A DNA stretch of 56,583 nt, taken from NCBI GenBank assembly GCA_016203395.1, contig JACQMV010000057.1, positions 1 to 56,583 of the forward strand, written 5' to 3'. The notes beneath the pieces were generated by a model that saw only the letters and a program-made list of their open reading frames with translations, was not told where the DNA came from and did no database searches. This document shows positions 38,054 to 48,685 of the stretch, one piece after another (the stretch's first letter is position 1; every line of letters starts with the position of its first letter). The position numbers were made by a program, and so were the translations under genes. The DNA comes from Candidatus Woesearchaeota archaeon (GTDB taxonomy: Archaea; Nanobdellota; Nanobdellia; Woesearchaeales; ARS49).

Positions 38054-38136
38054 TTTTTTTCTTTAAACGTATTAATACTACTCCGCGATAGTTACATAAA
38101 GCGAAGCTTTTTAAATCAAGCGAGAATCAGCACGCC

Positions 38137-38766
38137 ATGGCAGGGCTTTCTAGACGATTAGGATATATTTGTGCAGGCGGGGCATTTGCTATACTCGCCG
38201 CATATTACCTAACAAAAACATATTTAGGAGAACACGCACAAAACACAGAACAAACACCAAAACCAGAACAGACAACAAGCGAGTTTCATAGCGCACTAGA
38301 ACAAAACATAATACCAAAAAAAGAACCACCACAAACAGAAGCACAGATACCGGTTTCTGTCCAAACACCGCTGCCGATGCCAATTATACCTCTTCTGCCA
38401 TCACAGCCAGAACCAAAAAAACTAAAAGAAGAATCATACACAAAACCAGAAGATCCGATAACTGCAGTATACCGACAAAGAATAGAAGCGCTACAAAAAA
38501 CACAAAGCACACATTACGATGCAGTTAATCTCGCATACACGCTTGAAAAAGAACTAACTACTTCACAAATAGGAATACTAAACAACAGAATAAAAGGACT
38601 AGAAGAACAATTGAACGAAGCAATCAAAGCAAACAGTTTAGCAAAACAGCGCGAGAGCGAACAACAAACTAGCCAAGAAGAGATTGAAGCATTAAAAACA
38701 ATGCTCGATCAACTCAAAAAAACAAAAGACACACTAAAACAAGGACTAGAGGCACAATTAGAATGA
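38137..38766 (+). CDS. N-terminally anchored coiled-coil protein
   Basis: 209 aa. Has the anchor LGYICAGGAFAILAAYYL, a P/Q-rich linker and a coiled-coil C-terminus. ATGA overlap with the next gene. Confidence 0.5.
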   Translation: MAGLSRRLGYICAGGAFAILAAYYLTKTYLGEHAQNTEQTPKPEQTTSEFHSALEQNIIPKKEPPQTEAQIPVSVQTPLPMPIIPLLPSQPEPKKLKEESYTKPEDPITAVYRQRIEALQKTQSTHYDAVNLAYTLEKELTTSQIGILNNRIKGLEEQLNEAIKANSLAKQRESEQQTSQEEIEALKTMLDQLKKTKDTLKQGLEAQLE

Positions 38767-40187
38767 GAAATTACGTCATAGGAGGTGCATTGTTAACTGG
38801 TTTAGTAACTGCAGGAATATGGCTAAACAAAGAAAGCCAAGCAGAACCACCACAAAAAGACAATACCCGATTCTTACAAGCGTTAGAATCCCACTTACGA
38901 GGACAAGAGCAAAAAAGACAGCTACAAGAAAACCCAGAACTAACACAGGTACAACTAATGCAGGAAGAAATCAAAAAAAGACGAGAACAACTCACTAAAC
39001 TAGAACAGCATGCAACAAAAGCAGCTGAAACAAACCGTGAAGGACATAAAAAACAAGCCGAACAAACGCAATTACGTGAAATAGCGCAGCAATTACAAAA
39101 ACAAACAGCAGATCTGGAAAGAGCGCGAGCAATTCTTGAAACAAGAATTGACACCGAAATCAAAAAGGGCTATGAACGAATGGAAAAACCGGACGAGCAA
39201 ACAACAAAGCATCTTCCAATACCGCCTGCGCTTCCACAACAAATACCACAACCAGTAATCTTACAGAATGCACAGTTACTACCACAGCCACAAACCGAAC
39301 AACCACAACCAAAACAACAAACAGAACAACCACAAATGAAATACCATCTTACGCCGGTTATTTACGGACAACAACCAGATGTGGTTTATGCCAAAGGACA
39401 AACACATGCAGGACTCGTAATAACAAACAAAGACAGAAACCAATTAACAAAACCAAAACTACTTGAACAAATAATTAGCTCAATAAAAACCACACAAACA
39501 GATGATGAAGAACGATTAAGAGAAATGGCACAAGCATATGAAAGAATACTACACAAATATAATACTGATGAAAAACTACAAACAGAGTACCCTCAGAACA
39601 TTATAGAAAAAGAAGTTGTAAAGCCAATAAGCAAAGGAGCATACAAACTAATACAGAAATACATAGAAGACGGCAAACAATGGCGGGCAAAAAAAGCAGG
39701 CAATGACTTCAGAGCGTTCCTTACACTATACCAGCAAAGAATGCTACAAAACAAATACGCTAAAGAGTTCAAAGAACAATTATACACCTCAATGCCAAAA
39801 ACAGAAATCAAAGACATCCCTATTGCTAACTTATTCACGCACAAAGAATATTCTACGCATAATATCGCACCATGGCAAATCCACACATGGGTAGCACACG
39901 CAATAGCACAAGGATTGGACCCATTCACACAAATACCAGTGGCAGGCACTGTGTTTAACGTGCCGAGAAATATAGCAGAATCAGCAGGAAGAAACGTGTT
40001 TTTAGGACCAGAAGCAAACAGAGCATTGTTACACCCTCAAGACAGCGGGAGTAATGACTTAAAGGTATTGGGAGCAAATACGCTATTAGGATGGGGAATA
40101 TACCGAGGATTCTGGGCAGGCAATGAAGCAAGCGCACAATCAACACTAGTAGGAAATCAATCAACATCAACAGCAATCACACCATAA
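38763..40187 (+). CDS. N-terminally anchored coiled-coil protein with P/Q-rich linker and globular C-terminal domain
   Basis: 474 aa. Has the anchor VIGGALLTGLVTAGIWL, a coiled-coil Q/E/K region, a PQPQ-rich stretch, then a non-repetitive ~250-aa domain. Confidence 0.5.
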   Translation: MRNYVIGGALLTGLVTAGIWLNKESQAEPPQKDNTRFLQALESHLRGQEQKRQLQENPELTQVQLMQEEIKKRREQLTKLEQHATKAAETNREGHKKQAEQTQLREIAQQLQKQTADLERARAILETRIDTEIKKGYERMEKPDEQTTKHLPIPPALPQQIPQPVILQNAQLLPQPQTEQPQPKQQTEQPQMKYHLTPVIYGQQPDVVYAKGQTHAGLVITNKDRNQLTKPKLLEQIISSIKTTQTDDEERLREMAQAYERILHKYNTDEKLQTEYPQNIIEKEVVKPISKGAYKLIQKYIEDGKQWRAKKAGNDFRAFLTLYQQRMLQNKYAKEFKEQLYTSMPKTEIKDIPIANLFTHKEYSTHNIAPWQIHTWVAHAIAQGLDPFTQIPVAGTVFNVPRNIAESAGRNVFLGPEANRALLHPQDSGSNDLKVLGANTLLGWGIYRGFWAGNEASAQSTLVGNQSTSTAITP

Positions 40188-40195
40188 TAACATTC

Positions 40196-42823
40196 ATGCG
40201 ATTAGCAATACTATTAGCAATATTATTGGCAGCGCCTTTTGTAAATGCCATAGCAGAAATAACATATAAGTTTCCAATAAAAAACGTTGAAATAGAGGCA
40301 TACGACTGCCTGAACAACGACTGCAGCCAAACAAGACAATTCTCAGGAACCTTTCCACAAGGAACAACAACAAATAACGGACAAATAACCATAAAATTTC
40401 CAAGCACGCTGGCAACAAGTCAGGGCTATGCAATATACTATTTCAGTAAGGGTTATTTGCCAGAAGAAGCAAGAGCAACATGGCATACGTTCGGCAATCA
40501 AGGAATTGCTAAAGCAACAATAAACATACCAATAGAAAAAAAAGCAGTGTGCAGAGCAGTAATAGACAATTTTGAAATCATAAATGATGCGCACGCAAAC
40601 CTGCCATTAAAGATAGATGTTTCTGCTTCACTAAATGCAGACACGCACAGCGCATTCGCCTTATCAGACAATGATGTTACATTTATACCCGAACACAGAA
40701 AAAAAGAATTCTATAGCGTTGACACGAGAGTAAAACTGAAAATAAGTGACGAAAACGAAAACACAATAAACGAACAAAGCGCAAAGTTTGAAAGAGAAAA
40801 TGCGTTATTTGCAGGAACAAAAGCAAAAACACAATTCACGTTCCTACCAATAAAAGAATCAAAATACAAAGCCACAGTGCAAACAGAAATAACTGACAAC
40901 CAATGCCAAAAGCAGGAAAGCCAAACAAGCACCAAAGAATTTATTGCGTTGTCAGATTCTCCAAGAAACGAATGCTACACAATACTAAATAACCTAAGAA
41001 CAACAAAAGAAGAACCATTCACCATCGGCTTTACAAAGATAAGCAACAAAGCAAATGAATTTCCTATAAATGACCAAAGATACGGCATAATGCCAGTTCC
41101 GACAGAAATACAATACAAAATCAAAGATACTATTCAAACTGAGGAATTGTCTGCAAACCCCGACAGCATAAACCCGACGACACACACAAAATCATTCGTC
41201 CTTCAACCGGGCAAATACGAAATTGAAGTAACTGCAAAAGCAAAAGGACAATGCACAAAAAACACTCCCGAAACAATGTCAATGACCTTCACAATCCCCG
41301 AAAAACCAAGATTCAATCTGACAATGCAGGTACTGAACAACAAAGGAAAGCCAGTTGATAATGCGGTAATAGTTCTGGGAGAAAAAACAAAAAAAACAGA
41401 TAACGGAATTGCAAAATTCCTGAACCTTATCCCGGGAGCGTATGCGTATACAATAAGCCACCAATCAGGCAAAGATGCAGGACAAATAAGAATAACCAAT
41501 ACAAACCTATTTTTCACAACAACACTACAACCAAAAACAACAGAACACCAACTAACTATAACCATAAAAGACAAACAAACAAAAGAACCTTTAGATGCAA
41601 CAATAATTATAGGAAGCAAAACATTCTCAATAAACGGAAAAGGACAACTAACGCTTGCCAAAGGAGAATATGTCCTCACTGCAAGCAGCGACGGCTATAT
41701 AGATGAACAAAAAACAATAACACTTGAGAAAGACACTGAAATAACAATACTCTTAGAAAAAATACCTGCCAAAAAACTCAAGCTAGACGTGTTCACAATA
41801 GACGCAGCAACAAAACAACAATTGAACGCATTAGTAACTGTAAATGAAAAAACACAACAGCCACTCAACGGCAAAACATCGTTCATACTCCCACAAGGAC
41901 AATACACTGTATCTGCATCACATTCCGGATATCAAACTACCACAGAACAGATAAACCTTCAGCAAAACACAAAAATCACACTGGAATTAAAGCAGGCATT
42001 CATAGGAACATTCGCACTATCATTTCAGGTAAACGACAGCATAACAAACGCGCCAATAAAAGATGCAACAATAAACGTTGCAGGCAATACTCTATTGACT
42101 GGAGATTCTGGCAAAGCAACAATTGTTATACCTTCGGGAATGCACACGTTCACAATAATTGCTAACGAATACCATCCCTTCACAAATACAATAAGCATTG
42201 ACAAAGATACAACAGTGCAAATAAAACTAATCCCTTCAGGCATTAAAGTGCAAACCGCAGAATTCACAGTATTAGACGAAAAAACACTCCAAGGAATAGA
42301 AAATGCAGTAATAACCTTCCAAGGAATGAGCGCAACAACAAACAACAATGGAAAAGCATCATTTTTCAACACAAACAATGGAACATTCATGTACGAAATA
42401 ACACACCCATTATACTTGACATTACGAGACCAAACAACAATAAACGGAGATGCAAAAATAACTGCAATAATGCGCCGAAACCCAGACAAAGAATTCCCTG
42501 ATGATTTCCTCAAAATAAGAATTGAAAAAATAGAAATAGAACAAAACCGTGCACTAATATCCTACAAAAACACAGGAACAAAACCAATAAACAACGTAAA
42601 AACAATCATCCACTTACTAGGCACAGACATCAGAGCATCAGCAGGACCTGATGACATAAGAGCAGGACAAAAAATAACTCATAGCATATACCTCGGCGAA
42701 AACGAAGAACTAAGCGGAAAATATATTGCCAGAATCAGCATTGGAAACGGAAAACACAATAGAGTAATCCACCGCGAAATTGATTATGACTCTATAAGAG
42801 CGTCTCTATATGACTACTCATGA
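40196..42823 (+). CDS. Secreted surface protein with five tandem CarboxypepD_reg-like beta-sandwich repeats and a CARDB-like C-terminal domain
   Basis: 875 aa. Has the signal peptide MRLAILLAILLAAPFVNA. Five ~85-aa repeats each carry (V/I)x(V/I)...(D/N)G.(A/T)...(L/P).G.Y.(Y/V/F).(I/A)S..GY. The C-terminus has ISYKNTGTKPINNV. Confidence 0.6.
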   Translation: MRLAILLAILLAAPFVNAIAEITYKFPIKNVEIEAYDCLNNDCSQTRQFSGTFPQGTTTNNGQITIKFPSTLATSQGYAIYYFSKGYLPEEARATWHTFGNQGIAKATINIPIEKKAVCRAVIDNFEIINDAHANLPLKIDVSASLNADTHSAFALSDNDVTFIPEHRKKEFYSVDTRVKLKISDENENTINEQSAKFERENALFAGTKAKTQFTFLPIKESKYKATVQTEITDNQCQKQESQTSTKEFIALSDSPRNECYTILNNLRTTKEEPFTIGFTKISNKANEFPINDQRYGIMPVPTEIQYKIKDTIQTEELSANPDSINPTTHTKSFVLQPGKYEIEVTAKAKGQCTKNTPETMSMTFTIPEKPRFNLTMQVLNNKGKPVDNAVIVLGEKTKKTDNGIAKFLNLIPGAYAYTISHQSGKDAGQIRITNTNLFFTTTLQPKTTEHQLTITIKDKQTKEPLDATIIIGSKTFSINGKGQLTLAKGEYVLTASSDGYIDEQKTITLEKDTEITILLEKIPAKKLKLDVFTIDAATKQQLNALVTVNEKTQQPLNGKTSFILPQGQYTVSASHSGYQTTTEQINLQQNTKITLELKQAFIGTFALSFQVNDSITNAPIKDATINVAGNTLLTGDSGKATIVIPSGMHTFTIIANEYHPFTNTISIDKDTTVQIKLIPSGIKVQTAEFTVLDEKTLQGIENAVITFQGMSATTNNNGKASFFNTNNGTFMYEITHPLYLTLRDQTTINGDAKITAIMRRNPDKEFPDDFLKIRIEKIEIEQNRALISYKNTGTKPINNVKTIIHLLGTDIRASAGPDDIRAGQKITHSIYLGENEELSGKYIARISIGNGKHNRVIHREIDYDSIRASLYDYS

Positions 42824-42888
42824 ATGAATAACCTACCGAAAGATTTATAAGGATGTGCTCAATACTCACAAAAAACAGGGGGTTTACA

Positions 42889-44118
42889 ATGAAAAGAATA
42901 GCATTTTTAGCAATATTGATTGCGGCAATAGCCATATCAGTTCAGGCACTGCCGGTAACGATAGACACCGTAGAAATTGATGATGTATTACTCCAGCCGA
43001 GTTCAACAACACGGCTTGATATAGAAAGAGGACAGAACATCAATGTTAGAGTAAAAATAACTGCACAAGCAAACCTACCCAATGTGGAATTACTCGGATT
43101 TTTATCTGGTTACGAATTCAACGATATACCAAATGAAAGAATAAGCGACGTAACACAATTATTTGACTTACAATCAAACGTAAGCTATGTACGAACGCTG
43201 CAAATCCCCTTACCATCAGACGCACAAGTGGATGACTACAAGCTAAGAATAATAGTAAGTGACAGATTCGGAGAATCAACAAATGCAAACTTCAACTTCA
43301 AAATTGATGCAGAAAGACACAGTTTGAAAATAGAAGATGTGCTACTCATTCCGGGAGCAAGAATCAGGTCAGGCAGTGCACTCCTTGCAAGAGTTCGCAT
43401 TGAAAACAAAGGACAAAGAGACGAAAATGATGTAAAAGTCGTAGTTTCTTTACCTGCATTAGGAGTCAGCGCAACTGATTACATAGATGAAATACAAAAT
43501 AGTGACAGACAGGATGAAACAGAGGAAATGTTCCTACGATTGCCAAGATGCGCAGAACCCGGAATATACAAACTCAATGTAGATGTGTTCTTCAATGATA
43601 ACCGAAGAAAAGAAAGCACTACAAGAGACGTGCAAATAATAGAAGATTCTACATGCGCGCAGCCAACAACACCTACATCAACAACAGGCCAAGGAACAAT
43701 AGTTGCTGCTACCCAATTAGTAAACTTAGTACAGGGAGAAAGCACAATTGTGCCATTCTCAATAACCAATCCTGGAAGAACCCAACAACCATACACTATA
43801 AGCTTCCAAGCACCACAAGGACTTAACATCAAAGTAAGCCCAACAAGCTCTATAATAGTTGCTCCTGGAAAAACAGAAACGCTTTACGTATCTCTTGAAG
43901 CAAAAGACATTACAGGAACACAAGTTGTTACAGCAATAGTAACATCAGGAACAGAGACGCTGCAAACAACCAACATAACCGTGAACATCACGCCAAAAAC
44001 AAGCATGACAAAGATCCTTCAGGGAGTGTTAATCGCGCTTGTGGGTTTGTTAGTGCTAATAGGAATAGTAATAGCACTCAGACGCACTGGCTCAGACAGG
44101 ACACAACCTTATTACTGA
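42889..44118 (+). CDS. Secreted CARDB/S-layer-like protein with C-terminal TM anchor
   Basis: AGGGGG lies 7 nt upstream. Has the signal MKRIAFLAILIAAIAISVQA, motifs VRIENKGQRDEN and FSITNPGRTQQ, and the C-terminal anchor VLIALVGLLVLIGIVIALRR. Confidence 0.55.
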   Translation: MKRIAFLAILIAAIAISVQALPVTIDTVEIDDVLLQPSSTTRLDIERGQNINVRVKITAQANLPNVELLGFLSGYEFNDIPNERISDVTQLFDLQSNVSYVRTLQIPLPSDAQVDDYKLRIIVSDRFGESTNANFNFKIDAERHSLKIEDVLLIPGARIRSGSALLARVRIENKGQRDENDVKVVVSLPALGVSATDYIDEIQNSDRQDETEEMFLRLPRCAEPGIYKLNVDVFFNDNRRKESTTRDVQIIEDSTCAQPTTPTSTTGQGTIVAATQLVNLVQGESTIVPFSITNPGRTQQPYTISFQAPQGLNIKVSPTSSIIVAPGKTETLYVSLEAKDITGTQVVTAIVTSGTETLQTTNITVNITPKTSMTKILQGVLIALVGLLVLIGIVIALRRTGSDRTQPYY

Positions 44119-44130
44119 GCCCTCTTTTTC

Positions 44131-46908
44131 ATGAAAATCCTACAATTAGCACTGCTTTTGGCACTGGCAACAGGAGTAGCAGCCCTTCAGGAAAACTTTG
44201 CAATAACTGCTCCTTCTACGATTACAGTTATTGCCTGCACACAACAAAGCAGCGAGCTTATAATAACAAATACAGGACAAATAACCAGTGCTTACACAAT
44301 AACACAACAAGGGCAACAACTGGCTGTAATAAGCGAAAACCGGTTTGTGCTACCTTCTGGCCAAACAAAAACAGTCAAGCAAACAATAAATACACCATGC
44401 AATGCCCAGCCAACAACACTAACAACAACAATAACAACATCATTAGGAAATACCAAAACAATACAACAAAAAATACAGCCATTAATACAAAAAAACATAG
44501 CTATAACTGCTCAAATCCAAAAAGCCAAAACAAACCCCTGCGAACAAGCAAACTACAACATACAACTCACAAACACAGGCAACTTCCAAGAAAAATATAC
44601 GACAACTACTGAAGCAAAAATTCCGATAAAAGGATCCACAGCACAAACAAGCCTTGCACCAGGACAAACCCAAACAATCCCAATTCAAATAATCCCTGCA
44701 ATATGCACGCAGACAGGAAACCACATAATAACTGCAATAACCAAAGCCAGCACATCACAACAACAAGAAAAAACTTTTCTCCAGCTAGAAATAAACAATC
44801 CAGGCATTCCCTCAATAAAAATGCCAAAAATAAGGATTGATTACACTAACAACTCAATACCTATAACAATAACAAACACTGGAAAACCAACAACTTACGA
44901 CATAAAGATACAAAACATACCCTGGGCAGCAATAACTCCAAATACGATATTCATAGCAAGCGAAGAAACGAAAACCGCAATAATAACAACAAAACCACCA
45001 AAAAACACGAAAAAAGCAACACATAAAGGAATACTCACAATAACCTCTGAGGGAAAAACATATACTGCCGGAATATCAATACAACTAAAACCAGAAACAT
45101 TTATTGAAAAAAACAAAACAACACTGCTAGGAACAATACTCGGTGCAATAATACTCGCACTCGTAGCAATGCTAGTGTATGACTACACACAATCACCGGA
45201 ATACAAACAAAGACAACAACAACACAAAGAGGAAATACTCAAAAAACTCAAACAAAAACTTGAAATAAAAAGAAAAGAAGAAGAAAAAAGAAAACAAGAG
45301 CAAGAAAAAACAAGAGAAGAACACGAGCAAAAAGCAATTGAACGCCAGAAAAAAGCCAAAGTAATAAAAGAAAAAACAAAAAACGCCGCAAAACGCATAC
45401 GCAACATATTTCTGCCGATAATACTCATACTAATACTCGGCGGCTTAGGATATGCTGGCTATACATATAGAGAGACAATAAAACAAAATTATCAATACGC
45501 AATAGGGGGAACAATAGCTGTTTTAGCAATAATCCTGGCAATAACACTGAAAAAAATAATTCCCAGAATCAAAACCCAATATGCAGAAATAAAAAGAAAA
45601 AGAGAAGAACGACGAAAACAAAGACAAAAAGAACAAGAACAACAGGAAAGAGCAAGACAAGAACTCCTTGAAAACAAGAAAAAAGAAAAAGAAGAAGAAA
45701 AAAGAAAACAAGAAGAACTAACAAGCGAAAGAATTGCGCACAGACAAAAAGCACTTCTCACAAGATGGGAGGAAAGAAAAAGTGCAGAGCTCAAACAAAA
45801 CATTGACAAAGAATACAAACGAATGCATTATATTGTAGGAAAACGCGACGTAGTCCAGCACGTAAGAAGTGGCTCAACAGGAGTAATCGCAACATTAGGA
45901 ATATTGTTCATCCTGTCAGGTTTTATAATCCGATACAAAAACTATGTAATAGCATATCCTTTGCAAACAATGTATGGACTCTTGCTAATAGCATTACTTT
46001 ATGTGATAACACAAATAGTAAGAACGCACACTATAAAAATAAGAATCCCGGTAATAGTAAAAGACTACGGATTCACAACCCCATGGGAAATAAGCCACGT
46101 ATCATTTACAGCACAAAATCCAGTAAAAAACCTAACCCTTAAAATAAGAAGAAACAAAAGAAATCTCACATTCCTCCCAGTACAAGGAGACACATTCAGA
46201 TACTTTAAAATAAGCTCAAACGTAAGAGATGAACATGTAGGTAAAGCCGTAATAACCTTCAAAGTGCCAAAAAAATGGGCATTACACCATCAAGAAATAA
46301 AGATAGCCAAACTCACAAACAAGTGGAGCGAACTAGAAATTCACAAAACATCAGAAGACAAGAAAAATACGTACTATCAAGCAAAAACTGACAAGCTAAC
46401 AGGAACATACACGATATTTGCCAAACCAATACTTCTGACAGAAAAGAAAAGAACGTGGATACCTATAACAATAACCCTGCTAATGCTACTAATTATAGCA
46501 CTGGCATATCCTTTAACAAATAAGAATGCTGAAGGAATCCCAGAACAACAATGGGAACAAAACACAATACACTTGATGAATCTAAGCAAATACTTTGCTG
46601 ACCCTGACAATGACTTACTAACATACGATGCAAATAACACAGAACACGTAGCAATAGAAATATTCAGAGAAACAGCAACACTAATACCTGAACAAGAATG
46701 GACAGGGAGAGAGTTCACGGTATTCACAGCAACAGACAACAAAGGCGGCTTTGCAAAAAGCAATACAGTCATACTAACAGTGTATCCTACAATACTGAAA
46801 CCAGAATATAGAAAAACAATACAAGCAGTCTCAATAATACTAATATTGTTGCTACTTGGAATTTATTTGTTCCTAAACAAGAACAGAAAGCACACCAATA
46901 ACAAATAA
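44131..46908 (+). CDS. Large multi-pass surface protein: CARDB-like repeats, K/E/R-rich cytoplasmic segments, cadherin-like domain
   Basis: 925 aa. Has a signal peptide, three xTNTGxxxxxY repeats and at least 6 hydrophobic helices. Two extremely charged K/E/R blocks lie at nt ~45190-45370 and ~45590-45800. The C-terminus has FADPDNDLLTYDANN...ATDNKGGFAKSNTVILTV. Confidence 0.55.
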   Translation: MKILQLALLLALATGVAALQENFAITAPSTITVIACTQQSSELIITNTGQITSAYTITQQGQQLAVISENRFVLPSGQTKTVKQTINTPCNAQPTTLTTTITTSLGNTKTIQQKIQPLIQKNIAITAQIQKAKTNPCEQANYNIQLTNTGNFQEKYTTTTEAKIPIKGSTAQTSLAPGQTQTIPIQIIPAICTQTGNHIITAITKASTSQQQEKTFLQLEINNPGIPSIKMPKIRIDYTNNSIPITITNTGKPTTYDIKIQNIPWAAITPNTIFIASEETKTAIITTKPPKNTKKATHKGILTITSEGKTYTAGISIQLKPETFIEKNKTTLLGTILGAIILALVAMLVYDYTQSPEYKQRQQQHKEEILKKLKQKLEIKRKEEEKRKQEQEKTREEHEQKAIERQKKAKVIKEKTKNAAKRIRNIFLPIILILILGGLGYAGYTYRETIKQNYQYAIGGTIAVLAIILAITLKKIIPRIKTQYAEIKRKREERRKQRQKEQEQQERARQELLENKKKEKEEEKRKQEELTSERIAHRQKALLTRWEERKSAELKQNIDKEYKRMHYIVGKRDVVQHVRSGSTGVIATLGILFILSGFIIRYKNYVIAYPLQTMYGLLLIALLYVITQIVRTHTIKIRIPVIVKDYGFTTPWEISHVSFTAQNPVKNLTLKIRRNKRNLTFLPVQGDTFRYFKISSNVRDEHVGKAVITFKVPKKWALHHQEIKIAKLTNKWSELEIHKTSEDKKNTYYQAKTDKLTGTYTIFAKPILLTEKKRTWIPITITLLMLLIIALAYPLTNKNAEGIPEQQWEQNTIHLMNLSKYFADPDNDLLTYDANNTEHVAIEIFRETATLIPEQEWTGREFTVFTATDNKGGFAKSNTVILTVYPTILKPEYRKTIQAVSIILILLLLGIYLFLNKNRKHTNNK

Positions 46909-47976
46909 AAGACAGATAAGAAAGCCGACTAACGGATGAACATGCAAATTAAAATAAGGATGCTTATCACCGTGCTTTTTTGCTGAAAAAAACATCAGCA
47001 TAACTAAGATTCCTGCTAAACCCCCGCTTATTGCACCAGAAACCTCTATTGTTCTCACAAAACCAGAATTAACCATAAGAATTATTAATGGCGGAACAAC
47101 AAACGTAACAATAGCGCTCATTAAAGAAGAAAAGCCAGCTTCCTTGAACATGTGGCGCAATGCAAAACTAAGCCCTACAAAAGACGTGGACATAGAAAGA
47201 ACAGCAAACGCATTAAGCAAAATCACACCAGTGCGCCCGAGAACCTCACCAACACCAATTGTAGCAAGCTCAGTAGTTGAAGAACCAGTAATTGAAGCCA
47301 CAATAACTGCAAATACCGAATACGCAATAATAGGAATAACTGAGCCATAAATAATCGCTTTCTTTAACATTTTAGGACTAACAACCCTGCCTACTTCAGG
47401 AATGGCGCTTGTTCCAATATACGCAAAAACAACTGCACCATACGGAAGAAACAGAGCGTTCCACGAAACCAATGGCACCTTGTCAATAGAAGCATACTCC
47501 CACCCGAACCAAGCAATACCTACAATAATTACCAGCAACAAAGGAACAAAGACACTCTCAAACTCCTCAAATATCTTCAAGCCACCAAGAACAACGAAAA
47601 CAAGAACCGCATAAAACACAAAAGAAGCAACCAAAGATGAAACTGAAAAAATCTGAGAAAGCGCATCACCACTTCCAACAGTATAAGCAACCAATGCACC
47701 ATAAACACCCACAACAAAAGAAATACCCATAAACCATTTACCCCAATGCCCAAGATACTTTTTGCACAATCCGACCAACTGATGATGCCCATTAGTGCGA
47801 GAAACAACCTCTGCAAGACACAAATTAACAATCAAAAAAACAATACCCATAAACAAAATCCAGAACACTCCTGGAAAAATCCCTGCTTTTACAGTAACAT
47901 AAGGCAAGCCAAGAATACCTGCACCAATAATTGTTCCAACAAGCATTGAAACACCCTCCCAAAGCTTAATGTTCAT
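46873..47976 (-). CDS. Amino acid permease (Trp/Tyr permease / AAAP-like)
   Basis: Has LWEGVSMLVGTIIGAGILGLPYV near the N-terminus and ~11 TM helices. ATG at 47976; the ORF is open to 48009. Confidence 0.75.
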   Translation of the reverse strand: MNIKLWEGVSMLVGTIIGAGILGLPYVTVKAGIFPGVFWILFMGIVFLIVNLCLAEVVSRTNGHHQLVGLCKKYLGHWGKWFMGISFVVGVYGALVAYTVGSGDALSQIFSVSSLVASFVFYAVLVFVVLGGLKIFEEFESVFVPLLLVIIVGIAWFGWEYASIDKVPLVSWNALFLPYGAVVFAYIGTSAIPEVGRVVSPKMLKKAIIYGSVIPIIAYSVFAVIVASITGSSTTELATIGVGEVLGRTGVILLNAFAVLSMSTSFVGLSFALRHMFKEAGFSSLMSAIVTFVVPPLIILMVNSGFVRTIEVSGAISGGLAGILVMLMFFSAKKHGDKHPYFNLHVHPLVGFLICLLFVIGVLSVLV

Positions 47977-48086
47977 AACTTTCGGATAACATAACAGTAA
48001 TATAAGCATTGCGAAAATATGTGGATAATAGCGGAGAAATTTAATAGTAATATATTGCTATAAATACAATTCAGCTGCGCTCTTAA

Positions 48087-48644
48087 TCACTTTGCTTTTC
48101 TTATTCCTGCACGCATTCCTAATGGAATTCCTATTGCAAGTGCTGCTATGGCCCCCACTGTATAAAGAACTATTTTGTAGGTTTCTGTCAGAACCTTGAT
48201 TTGCAGTTCTGCTATTTCAAGCCCTGCGAGAATGAATAATACTAAAACTAATGCGTACGCACCTATTGCTATATTCTTTTTCTGGCTTAATGTTGTTTTT
48301 AGGCATGCTGTTTCAGCAAGTTTTGCCAGATAAATCCCTATTATAATTATTATTGATGCAATTATGAGCTTTGGAAGATAGAGTGCAACCTTTTGAGTGA
48401 GTTGTGTTAATACATCAAACCCGAACATACTCGTTGCTTGGGTGATAAATATAAGCAATATACTTACTTGTAAGAACAACTTAGCGAGCTTTATTGCAAA
48501 CATTACCTGATGCCCTACATCCTGCCTTGCTTTTGCCCACTTCACAATCCCTTTTGTGAAATAATTCACGACTGCTCCTATTATAAGTGCTGCTACTACT
48601 CCACCTACAATAAAGCCGAGCGATATCAATAACTTGTATTCCAT
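48087..48644 (-). CDS. Membrane protein with repeated TM-helix motif (MscS-N-terminal 'conserved TM helix'-like)
   Basis: 185 aa with four long hydrophobic helices in two similar halves. Assigned by resemblance only. Confidence 0.35.
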   Translation of the reverse strand: MEYKLLISLGFIVGGVVAALIIGAVVNYFTKGIVKWAKARQDVGHQVMFAIKLAKLFLQVSILLIFITQATSMFGFDVLTQLTQKVALYLPKLIIASIIIIIGIYLAKLAETACLKTTLSQKKNIAIGAYALVLVLFILAGLEIAELQIKVLTETYKIVLYTVGAIAALAIGIPLGMRAGIRKAK

Positions 48645-48685
48645 ACTTATTTTATAATGGCAGGTTTTAAAAACATAACGTATTT

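Noticed and set aside
45183-45818. Stack of antisense ORFs (81, 108, 62 and 61 aa) rich in S/F/L/C
   Set aside because: They mirror the purine-rich K/E/R-coding blocks of 44131..46908. They are low complexity and lie entirely inside a well-supported gene.
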